The notes under the pieces: model-generated
Seen by the model: the letters and a program-made list of their open reading frames with translations, nothing else
Database searches by the model: none
Told to the model about the DNA's origin: nothing
Program-made: the position numbers and the translations under genes
Shown: positions 48,701 through 61,016 of the stretch, in pieces
Position numbering within the stretch: the stretch's first letter is position 1
Layout of the letters: every line of letters begins with the position of its first letter
Source: Podarcis erhardii
Lineage: Eukaryota
Direction: 5' to 3' (one strand)
Assembly (NCBI GenBank): GCA_964252035.1
Contig: OZ176200.1
Length of the DNA: 64,000 nt

Positions 48701-51700
48701 TGGTTGCACAAGGAACCTCTCAGACAAATGCAAACAGGCTGGACTAAGAGAGAGAGATATATATATTCCCTCCACTTCCACTAGTAGATGCCATCTGAAG
48801 CAAGCTGAATGCCCCTTCTTCCCTGGACAACTTTGCCTTGAAAATTCTGCCTTTGTTCTTACCTCTCCGGCAGTGGTATGAGAATTGATGGTAATTTGAC
48901 AGGAACCTCCTCCGTGGCAGTAGACAGTGGTGGTCATTTCCTCCCGGGTGATGAGGGCCTGTATTTCCTCCTGGGAGGGGACAAACTCCCTGCTCTTGGT
49001 TCTCTTCAGTGAATCAGTGATGAACTGAGAATACCGATCTATTTCAGTGCCTGGGAAGAGATCTTTTACTCTGGTTGAGGGAGGGTGAGGAAAGAGAAGA
49101 GGTAAATAACATATTGCCATTCTGTCATGAAACAAACTTTGACCTAGAACCGTGTCATTTGTATAGCAAGGCCAAGCCGACTCAAGAGGCTGTGGGCTAC
49201 CTGCGGCCTATGAAGATGTTGTATCACTTAATATAAGCAAATTTCATTCATTTGGACAGAGGTTATTTATTATTTTCTGCCTCTGAGACCAATATTTACA
49301 CCTTTGCCTAAAGATATCAGGACCAGCTTGGCACTGCTGCTTAGTAGAAAGCAGGTATGAGGGACAGTAGTACAGGAAGCACTGGAGTTTTCACAAAGCA
49401 AGATGGAGGTAAATTGGGGGTGGGTGGCCTCTGCAGTGATCTCTAAGGATGCAAGTATTAGGCAAAGGGCCTCCTGTTTGCATGCAGAAGGTTCCTGGTT
49501 CTATCTCCAGCTAGGACTGAATCCTGGAGAGCTGTTGCCCTTCAGCGGAGATAATACTGAGTTAGTCAGACTGATGGGCTGACTCAATATGAAGCAGCCT
49601 TCCCATGTTTCTATACGTCTGCAGCGACTGGTGCGTCTGGTGCTATGTAATGTATTCCTCAGTGCTCTGGAGTCAGTGAGCTAGCTACAATTGCAGAGAA
49701 ATTCCTCCAGGATGGTTCTTACCTTCTGAGGTGGAACTTGAGGTAACGGAGGATTCCTCTGCTGGGCAGGAAGGTGCAGCTCATGCAGGTCATCAGCTGC
49801 CAGTGGTGAAGGTTCCCTGGTCTGTTGGGCTGTGGCACGTGGTTTGTCTGCTTGATCAGCTGACAGTACACCTCGTCCCGGAGGGGCCTGAGATCATGGC
49901 AGGTCTGCAGAATGCCCTGGATAATGGGGATGGGGTCAGAGACTGTCTCGATCTCCTGAAGGGAGTTAAAGATCTTCATTGCTTCGTCCTGGAGGCTGCT
50001 GTAGCCTTTCTCTTGCTGCACTGCAGTGGGAGGAGGCGGCACAAACAACAAGGCAGGGAGAAGGCAGTCAGTATGTCCTCCAACTATGGACTGGCCAGCT
50101 GGTAGTTCATCACTCCAGGAAACACATTTGCTCATGCCCACAACCCAGAGGAGAAAGGAAACTCCTCTGATAATTATCATTACTCAAAGGTCACTTGAGA
50201 GACAATCCAGTTCCCCGCATTAGAAATGGTTACATGATAGGGCTATGATTCTGCTCCTTTCTTAATGCACAATTCTTTGTATATCAGCTAGTTAATTCCA
50301 TTTCATTGGTAAGTTCACTGCATCTTCCCACTTCTACAGTGTTTTTTTAAACATCAGAGTTCAGCAGGAGTCAACACAATAACTCTGATTTACAGTGCAA
50401 TTCTGTGCATGTTTATTAGGATGTAAGACCCACTGAGACTTACTTCTGAGTCAGTGTACACAGAATTCTTGTGCACACTCAGCTAAGAAGTAAGTTGCAC
50501 TGAAGTTGAACCTACTTTTGAGGAAACATGTATACTGGGTTGCACTGTAAAGCTGGATGACCTTCATCCTGGCAAGATTCTGCCTCAGTCCCATCCCATC
50601 CTCTAAAAAATATTCCTTTTGAACCCTTGACATAGCATCCTCGAAAGCCACCAAGTCACTCACAGTTGACCCCAACGTCCCCATATGGCAGTGGTAGAAG
50701 CGGCGAGTGCAAGGGATGCTGGGTGTATCTCAGGATAGGATTCCTCCGGTAGGTCTGTTCTACCACTTCAGGGTTCATGCTGTTCTCCTGAAAGGAAGGG
50801 GTGGGCAAATAGAGGTTACCTTTACAGGGCTTCTCTCTTTCCCTCCAACTATCTAATTGCACTATTAAATGGAAGTGCTCCCAGTCCATTACAGAAGAGA
50901 TAAAACAATAGTTAAAGGCCTTGTACTGCAAAAATGGCAAGGTGGTCAGCAACAGGGGAAACTGCCAAACCAAGTCCATAGAAGGATTTGGAGATCACTT
51001 TATATCACAAAATATCCAGAGTATGTCAGGCCAACAACAGCCCTCTCATCAAAAGGAATTTTGAATATTTAGAAACACGCCATGTTCTGACAGATCATAA
51101 TATTGCTTTTAGTTGTTGTTGAATAAAATGTGCATCTACACCCTTCTGCCGATTTTAATCGTGTGTGTGTGTGTGTAGGGAAACTAACCAAGTGTATATG
51201 TATTTCCATCTGTCTACCTGAAAAGGGGGGGCCAAACGGCAAACTTCAGAGAGAAAATTACAAGAGGTGCTTCCTTATAGCTCAGTGGAGGGATCCCTAT
51301 GATACAAACACGTGAAGCTGCCTTCTGTACAGTCAAACTGCTGGTTCAGCCAGTGTTCTTTATTCTGACCGGCAGCTGCCCTCCAAGGTCTGAGAGGTTT
51401 TCCTCAGCCCTGATACTGGATATCCTTCTTTCATGGGAGATGTTGGGTATTGTACCAGGGACCTTCTGTATGCAAACACTGTGATCTGCCACTGAGCTAT
51501 GACTCTCCCTTAAAAATGTGAAGCCTTTGGATTATCCTGCACGTATGAATGTGTCTTAACACACTATTCCCGCTGAAAGAGGGATTCTACAGTACCAGAG
51601 TCCTTTGTAGAATCCAGACCTAGTACTTAAGAATTAATAGACGCTGTCCTTTGTGTATGTTACATTCTTGCTTTTGATTATTCCAACGTGTGTGCAGAGA

Positions 51701-53606
51701 GAAATTGTATACCTAGAAGAGGGGTTGGAAGAAAGGGAAAGTGCCAAGGGACATCTCCGCTTCTGAACCGAACAGAATGATGCAAATAATGGGAGGGAAG
51801 CTCAAATACCTGGGTATTTACACACATGAGCAAATCCTAAAAGGTTGTATATGAAGAGAGCAAGGAAAGCTCATTTGCCTTAATATCTTAAACATGTGAG
51901 CATGAGGGGATCCTAGTAATCTGGATATAGAGCTTATAAAAAGGTAAAGGACCCCTTTACTCTGGGGTTGCAGCACTCATCTCGCTTTACTGGCCGAGGG
52001 AGCCGACATTTGTCCACAGACAGTTTTTCCGGGTCATGTGGCCAGCATGACTAAGCTGCTTCTGGCGAAACCAGAGAAGCGCACAGAAACGCTGTTTACC
52101 TTCCCGCCAGAACGGTACCTGTTTATCTACTTGCACTTTGACATGCTTTCGAACTGCTAGGTGGGCAGGAGCAGGGACTGGGCAACAGGAGCTCACCCTG
52201 TCATGGGGATTTGAACCACCGACCTTCCGATCGGCAAGCCCAAGAGGCTCAGTAGTTTAGACCACAGCGCCACCCACGTCCCTCATACTCATGTGCAATT
52301 AAGAGTTAGAGTCACTTACTTTAATGTCCCGAATCAGCTGCTGCGTGGGTGTTTCAATGGGAACCTTGCTGTCAATGACTCCTTGGATGGCAGAGACCCA
52401 GCGCATGGCTTCATTCAACAGCTTTGTGTAGAGCCGGTACGAGTGCTTTCTGCCATGCACAGTGATGTTCCAGTAGCCTGAAGGCACAAACAGAAACAGG
52501 CAACTACTGCCCAATCTTGGAGTAATTGAGATGGCAAATGACACAGCGAGAGAGAAAAGTGTGAGCTGGCAGAGGCCAGATCCTGGTGGCAATGTTGACT
52601 GCGCTCTATCAGCTGCTCATGACATGATGCAGTTGCCGTGCGATCTAAACTGGCCAATGGCACCCAAAGGGGTCTACAGAAAGCCCCTGATATTCCTTTG
52701 TGCACTTGATTGGCTTGGCCCATGGAGCACCAACTTAACCCCACAGGACTCACTCTGTGCCATCATTCCCATGACACAAATGCTATTTCACTCCAAAGAA
52801 ACCAGCAAATTAAATGTTATGGTTTATAGGATGAACAGAGTCAGTCTAGAAATTCTCTTCGGGCCTTACAGACTATGAATGCAGAACAGACAAAGGCATA
52901 TGAACATGTGATCTGCATCATACAAAGTCCAGCCATGGTCCCATCTATCCCAATACTAGCAGCTGGTCTCTCAGGCAGATTCTCCCAAGTGCTGATGCTG
53001 GATCCTTTGAAATGAGGATTGAAGCTGGGACCCTCTACATGCAAAATGCAGACCCTCCCCATAGTCTGCCAGGACTGTGTCCTATTACAAATGACCAAAA
53101 TGATATTCCACACATTTATAGCTCTGCACAAAATGGTAAAGAATGGAAACGAACACTCAGAGAAGGACACAGTGGCACACAAAGAACACCTTCCCCCCTT
53201 CCTTACCTGTTTCTTTGAAGACCCTTTCATCAGGCTGGACCACTGAGCAGAGGCTGTTCAGCACCAGTGTCCCGAGCTTGGTGGCTGTGCGCTCGGACGA
53301 TTTGTAGTAATCAAGGGCAGTGTTGGTCAGCACAAACCAGCGTTTCTTCACCTTCAGGGAAGAGGTCTTGCTACTGCTCTGGACCTCCTTATGAAGCCAG
53401 CCTGATGGGAAAGAGGGACAACGGGGCCCAATGGAATTGAAATTCAAGAAATCGAGTTTGCTCTCTTGCTAACGGGATGCTACTGGAGACCTTCAAATTT
53501 CTGTTCCTTTCTTTTAAAGAACAGAGGAAGGAGGAGGCACAAATCAGTCTAAACCTTCATCTCCCCCAGCTGATTTCCTGCCTTCACTATCAGAGCATGC
53601 GTTGCA

Positions 53607-53673
<67 letters not shown>

Positions 53674-56600
53674 TGTTTAGGTAACACTTCAACCACCCAA
53701 TGAGCTTTTAATGAACCATGTTTGGCTTTTGTGCTTGGAGGGAAGTGAGGGGGCGGGAGGAGACTGCTTGGGGCAAGTGGGAGAGGGCAGCTGAAGCGTG
53801 TGCTGAATGAGGGTTGGGAATTTTGACAATTGAGAGAGCGATGATGGGATCAGCATTTAATTATTGGGATGAATCACAGTCACCTCAAACCTCAGTCTGT
53901 TTACATTGTTCCTCAGATTAAATACTCTGCTGCTAACCCTGGGTATCTTGTCAGTGAAACCCACACTTAAAGGGTGTGAATACATACCTCAGTTCTTAAC
54001 ACTTATACACTGCTGTCAGAACATTAAGCTATGGTGGCTTTATCTTAGTAAATCCTTACAAGCATCCTGCAATGCCAATATGAACAGGTGGGGTTGAGGC
54101 AAAGAAAGCAGCAAACTTGCCCATGGCCACCTAGAGAATTCCTGGATGAGGGGAGATTTGAACTGGAGGCTTTCTCACCACCGCATGTTATGAGCCACTT
54201 CATTGCATCAGTTCTCATGGTCATCATCAGCTTCCTATCCCATTTATAAGGTGGGAAATGCCATTATCACTTTGGAAGAGTGAGCTGTGCCATGACTGTA
54301 GCAACTACTGCTATGGTGAGATAGGCTGCCTCAAAGGCCAGCAAATGGCTTATTTGTATTATTAACACCACTGGGGCAAGGAGGGTACTGTTTAGGTGTT
54401 CTGCCTCAGGCACAATATATTTAGCCAGCTCTTTCATCTTGCCTTCATACCTCTCACAAGAAACTCCTGCCCATCGACTCGAGATTCGCCTTTGGGCTTC
54501 TGCAGGAGGGAGATCCAGTGGTGCATCTCTTCAGGGATGTCACTGTTGCAGTGAATGACTCTATTTGCTGTGATGATCACAAAGGAGTTTGGCCTGAAAA
54601 ATCACCATCATCAAAATTAGTATCTCGTCGTCAACATCATCATCATCATCAATATTAATATTTTTCCAAAGCCACAACACAAATCTGTTTGTTTTTTGCC
54701 CAGACTCAAGCTGAGCAAGAAGAAAACATGTCAAGGTTAGGCCACACACAGAAACACATTGATTTTGCTCTCCTTTTCAAGGATGCAAGTCGGATTACTG
54801 CTTCAGATGCAACTTTTAAACTGTGGAAGCGCTTAGTGTTTGCCACGTCCAGAAAAACTACTATTCTGGAAGAAATGGGCATGTGTCGTGGGGAAGAGGG
54901 GGAAGTGTATGAAATGTCGGATTTGGCCGCAGTAACAGATGTCTTAGTTACATCCAGTTTGGATTACTCTAATACACTCTACATGGGGCTGCCTTTGAAC
55001 AGTACTCCGAAACTTCAACTGGCTCCAAAAGCTGCAGCCAGATTGTTGACAGGGGCTGGTTATAGGGAGCAGACGACTTCCTTGCTAGAACAGCTCCACT
55101 AGCTACAGGTCTGTTTCCGGGCACAATTCAAAGTGCAGGTTATTACCTATATAGTACCACATGGCTTACGCCCAGGCTGTATGAAGGACCTTATTGACCC
55201 ATACAAACCTGCCTGGGTCTTGAGGTGAGGCCCTTCTCCTAGTCCCGCCACCCTCACAGGCATGCTTGGTGGGGACATGGGAGAGGGCCTTCTTGGTGGC
55301 TGCTCCCAGTCTCTGGAACTTCATCCCTAGAGAAGCTAGACTGGCTCCTTGTTGCCTTTGCACTGGCAGATAAAGGCTTTCTTGTCCCAACAGGCTTTTG
55401 GGAACTGACTGCTTTTAATTAAATTAAAGGGCTGGTGCCATGCTGTTTTGATTGTAATTATTGGTATGCCTTAAACAGATTTTATATACGTATATAGTTT
55501 TCATTATTGATTTAAAAAAAAATGTTTTTAGTGGTTCTTGTTTCTATTTGTAAGCTGCCTTGAGTCCCAGCAAGGAGAAAAGTGGGGTATAAATAAATAA
55601 AAATAATAATTAACAACAAAAATGATGGTAATATATAAGGGAAAGCACCCCACAGGATGGTACTGTGCCATAAAAGCAGCCATCTCTCTGCAGAGCACAC
55701 ACAACTTTAGCTCATAGGGCAGGTGGTGTGTAGTTGCACACATTTTCCTGAAGTATGAAACACCCAGAGCTCGAGAACCCGAACCCACAGCAACTAGACT
55801 TTATTAAGAGGAAAGCAAATGCTTCAAGGAGCTTCTGGAGCCAATGGCCAGTCACTAAAAATAAACAGCCATTTGGGAGATATTTATACTGGCTGGAGGC
55901 ATTTTAAGTAGCTCCTTATCTGTTGCATTTATATTTACTCAAATATGCAATAGATGGATTTAAATATTTTCCCTTGTTACACAATTGTTGCTGCACCAAA
56001 AATATTTGAAAATCACAAAACGAAAAAGCACACACAAAGAGGAACTCAGCTGTAGCTTACCTGTCAGGATTGTCAGAAGCACAGACAGAGTCTATGAGTC
56101 CCACGTCCAGGGTTCCCTTTAAAACAACAACAAAAAATGGAACAAACTTCTAGATATATGCAAGATCCAGTTCCTACCATTCTGTTCCATTCCAGTGTGA
56201 TCCACACATAGGCATCCACTTTTTATTGCTTTTAAATTCATCTTGCTTCCCCCCCCCCTGCTGTTTTAAACTAATTTTTAGCTGTTTTTATTATCTTTTG
56301 TACATCACATTGGGATGTTTGTGGAAGACAGCAGCAGCAACAATACACGATGTGGCTCTGTAATTAGAAGTAGGCCACATTCGTAATTGTTGGTGTCACC
56401 AGGAGGCAGTGAAAATGTTGAGTGCACCCCTTTACTTTCTCTTAGAGGGCAACTTTCCTCAACCTGTGGCCCTTCAGATGCTTTGGACTATAACTCCCGT
56501 TAGCCTGAAACAGCATGGTCAATGATGAGAGATGATGGGACTGTAATCCCAACATCTGGAGCTCCTGTAGGAATGAATGACTGTGAGGATCAAAAACCTC

Positions 56601-59600
56601 TGACCTCTATGGATGACCAGGTTCCAATGTGTGCCAGGGGTGAGACATGGCACCCCCCCCTAAGTCCTTATACCGGTGTGTGAATGAGCTCTCTTTGTAT
56701 GTATGTGTGCATACGTTTATCTTATCTAGACATACACATACACACTGTAAAATCGAAGAAGCATCAGGGAAGATACCTTCAAGGGGAAATGGGGCTCCCG
56801 TATCCAGTGGCGTAGCGTGGGTTGTCAGCACCCGGGGCAAGGCAAGTAATTTGCGCCCCCTAACCCGTGGATTTGCGCCCCCTAACCCTAACCCCCAGAT
56901 GTTGCGGCCGGTGCGGCCGGCCCCCCCTGCACCCCCCACGCTACACCACTGCCACAAAGTAGTGCGAGGCTTAATCACATGGCGGGGAAGAAGGCAGCAA
57001 CTGGGTCCCGGGGGCGTCTCTGATGTGACTTTACGGGCACCATTTGCAAGCGGGGAGCGGCACCCCATCCGCGCGAGCGCGCCCCCAGACGCAGGAGCCG
57101 CGCAGGCAGGGCTGGGGGCTGAGGCGCCAATGGAGGGGAGATGAAGGGCCTGCGAAGCCCTCGAGCACCAGAGAGCTGCTCCTGGTTTCGCGGGGGGGGG
57201 GGGGCTCGGCCGGGGGCGGCAGCCCTTTTGTCCGCAGGATGGCAGCGGCGCCACCGGCCAGCCCCATTACCGGCCCGGCCAGCCTCCCGGGGCGCCAGGG
57301 CTCCGCCGCAACTAACACCTTCCCTCCAAAACTGGGCTGGTCGGATGTAGTTCTCTCCTGCGCTCAGCTCTGCGCTGGGCGGCCGCTGCATTTTCCCTCC
57401 CCCAGATAGTCCCTCCCTCGCTCTCTCTCCGCTCCGCAATGCACGCCTGGCACCCTCCCCCTCCACAGTGGGCGGCGACCCGGCAGCTCGGATCAGATTC
57501 GCACAGCCAGCACTGTGAGAGAGAGAGTGAGCCAGGACCAGGTAGGGGCAGAGAGCTCCGAGTGCGCCCCCAAAAATGTTGCGCCCGGTGCGGCTGGCAC
57601 CCCTTGCACCCCCCACGCTACGCCACTGCCCGTATCCCTTCCCCCTAAACAATTCTTTGAGGATGACAGTCCTGGAGGGTTGGTCACCTCTCCAAATGAC
57701 ACTTGGTGTACACTTGGTGTACACACTACTCCCCACAAAGATCTTCCTGGCACTGATCATAATCCCTTTGCCCAAATCCTGCTTCAGATACGTTCTTTGC
57801 CCAACATACCTGCCATCAAACTAGCTGAGGGCGTTAAATCCTTCAGGCAGCCTCCCTTTTATTTCAAACTCAGTTCTGTAAAAGGGTGCCCATGAAGAAC
57901 TCTCCTGCCGTTTACTGATGAACATAAGAAGAGCCCAGCTGCTGGATCAGGCCAACGGCCCATCTAGTCCTGCATCTCGTTCTCAGTGGACAACCAAATG
58001 CCTAGGAACATCCTTCATCAGCCAGAAGAGTGACAGTTTCAGGGGTCCACTTAACCCACCACTCACCACAGCATTCTTTGGGTTGGCTTGTTCATCCTGC
58101 ATCTCTCTCAGCTGTTGCTCTGTAGCACTGTGCACACGGCTCAGGACATTAAACCAGTCACTGTAAGAAAGACAGAAGCAGAAGACACTTAAAAAAAACC
58201 CCCGTATATATTTATTACTGAAATGGTTAATTTTTAATAGTCTAGAATACTATAATTAATATGCAGTTGTATACAAAGCATCATAGAAGTAATTAAATAT
58301 ATTTACTAATACCGATAACATCATACAAAGACTGAAACAATGATTTGATAACATGCATATCATGATTCATCTTCCACTCTCCTGCCTTTCCCTATTTTTA
58401 TAACTGCTTTTCTATTTAGAGCACATCATGGGAGGGGTGTTGCTTCCAGCTCTCCCACCCCTCGCCTTGGGAAAAAGCAGAAACCTTTTAAGAAAAACAC
58501 ACACCTGTCCTTGCATCCCCTACCTGGCATCCTCTGGTGATTCTGCCACTATGTGGTAAACTCGATCACATGTCACAATATCAAGGGCATTCTCTTTCTC
58601 GTGAATATCCACAATCTCCCTGAAAAACAACAAGTGTGAAGAGCCAGGATGAAAAGGCAGTTTGTCTATGTTTGGCATCCATCTCCATTGGCCTGCCTGG
58701 TCTCAAGGAGGCTCAACGCTTGAAAATACTTGAGAACAAGGAAGCAACAGCACCCAAAGATGAAGTAAGGTGACAGGCTGGTGTGGGAATGAGGGTACTG
58801 CCTACTGCACCTAGAGACCACCTTTGGGGGCTTTGTTGATAAGGAACCACTGCAAGGGCAACATCACTGAAAAGACTTTTAATGTGGGCAAAGAGACAGC
58901 TAAACCAATTCAAGTTGAAGGGTACTGACAAGAGAGGCCAGGGGGAGTGCACAAGAACGTGGGGCAAAATTTGCTACAAGAAAATTCTCAAATCAGTCCT
59001 AAGTAGGCCCATGCAGGTGGGGGGGGGGCAGTCAGTTGCACTTTTCACAGGCCTCAGAGGGCTAAACAGGCTGGGGGATACCACCAGGGGCCTGCCAGAC
59101 TTAAACTATCATGCCAAGAACAAGATTTCCATCCCAGGCCTCAAACAAGCTCTGCATGGGCTTGGTCCTAGGGTGTCATTATACATGCAGTACTGACACT
59201 GAAGCTTTAAAAATAGCCCTTGCACTCAGGTAAGGGGCTATAAGGCCCCACCCTCTCTAACAGCCTCAGGCCTAAAGATGTCCCACAGGACTTAAGGAGT
59301 CAAACAATTTCCCCTCAGGCCCAGGTTGTTAAGGATTCCCCAAACATCTCCTGTTACCAAGAATGGCAGGAGTGGGATACTGATTTATCCCTAGGGCTTA
59401 CAGACATAATAGTGTCCCATACTTGGCCTTCCTGATGTCAATCGTCCCTTTCAGCTTCTCTTCACTGTCGTTCTCAAAGTACATCAGCTTGGCCTCTCTC
59501 AGCACAAACCAGCGCCGTTTCCAATTCCGGCGAGACAGTGTGGACATGCCTCCTCCCTTCTTGTAAAGCCAGCCTGACTTCAAGGCCTCTTGCTTGGCTC

Positions 59601-60974
59601 GAAACCACATGAAGGCCTCGTTCTTCAGGACACACCAGCGCCGTCTCCAGGGGTTCATCAGGCCCCCTTGCAAGGAAGAGAAAAGAGACACAGTCAAAGT
59701 TATTGCACCACCAGAATGTCCCCACTCTGCACTCCACAAGCACCTGACAAAGACAGGGGCAGGTGTATCTTCCTGCCCTTGGCCATAACAGTTCCCTGAA
59801 AAATGTGGGGCTTCCTGTAGACACAGAATGCTAACATGCAAAAGCATGCAGAAGTTTAACACAGTGACATTAGCGGCAACGTACAGCGAGGCAGGGGTTG
59901 ACTTTTTGTATTACTACCTCCCCCTACAACCCTAAAAAAACACACCCTGGTCTGCCAGTTACCAAAGTAAAACTGGGAGTGGGGAGGTAAATGTGTGTAC
60001 TTGCACAAGCCCACACAAAACTGGCATGAGATATTTTGTTACCTGAAGTGAGGCCCAAATGGTGCCTCCTCCCTCCCCACTAAGACCAGTATCTTTTTTA
60101 TAAATGCAAATTTTGTAGCATCAAGCGTTAATTTCATTTATCCACCCCCTTACTACTACCCCAAATACTGCTTCACAGTGCTGCCAGATCACTTCAAGCA
60201 TGTTCCACAACAGGGCCTCTGCCATCTCTAAAAACTGTTATCATCTGTACATGCCCATTAAGGCACATCACAGCCTTTATGTGGATGCCAATGCAAAGCA
60301 ACCAAGGTCCCTTCTAATCCCTCCTTGACAAGAAGCCTTACTGACTTTATCTTGGAAATGAATAAGAACAAAGCAGCAAAACAGGGAGCAAATACTGAGA
60401 GGGGATTAGGGAGCAGGGGAAAATGGCTCAGCTTAGGGGACTGACCAAGCTGCTTACCTTTCATGTAGAGATAGCTGTGAAAATAGGCTGGCCCCGATCC
60501 ATTGAGCACAGTGACCCGGCTGCTGCAGAATTCTTCATCCGTGTCCATATAAGCATCCCCTTCATCCTCACTGTCTAGAAACTGGAGGCAAAAAGAATGG
60601 TTACGCTCCAGAAACAAAGCAGCACAACCTGCCAAGTCCTATCGCACTTCCACTACAGATCTAAGTGCTGAGCTGGCCAGGCAGTATGATAACCATACAG
60701 AAGCAGGAATGATCTAAAGTGGGTGAGTGATAGAGGCCAAAACCTGCCATACTCAGTTGCCAACATGTGGACTTTGGCCTCTATTTCCATTTTGGAACTA
60801 TCTGCTTTAAGAACCTCCAATTTTCTATTGCAATAGTTCTCTGATGTTCAGCCAAATGCATTCTGGCCATCTCAGCTTCTCTCTCTCTCTCTCTCATTAT
60901 CCCCCTTCTGGGGGGAGGCAGTCTAACCCCCTTCTGAGCAGATCATGTGAAAAGCTACAACTTTACACACAACC

Positions 60975-61016
<42 letters not shown>

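Noticed and set aside
56875-56895. Interstitial telomere or chromosome fusion scar
   Set aside because: Only two CCCTAA units, inside a MITE subterminal repeat.
56607-57895. Several long overlapping ORFs (up to 266 aa)
   Set aside because: Explained by stop-poor GC-rich sequence of the composite hAT element; open on both strands and low complexity.
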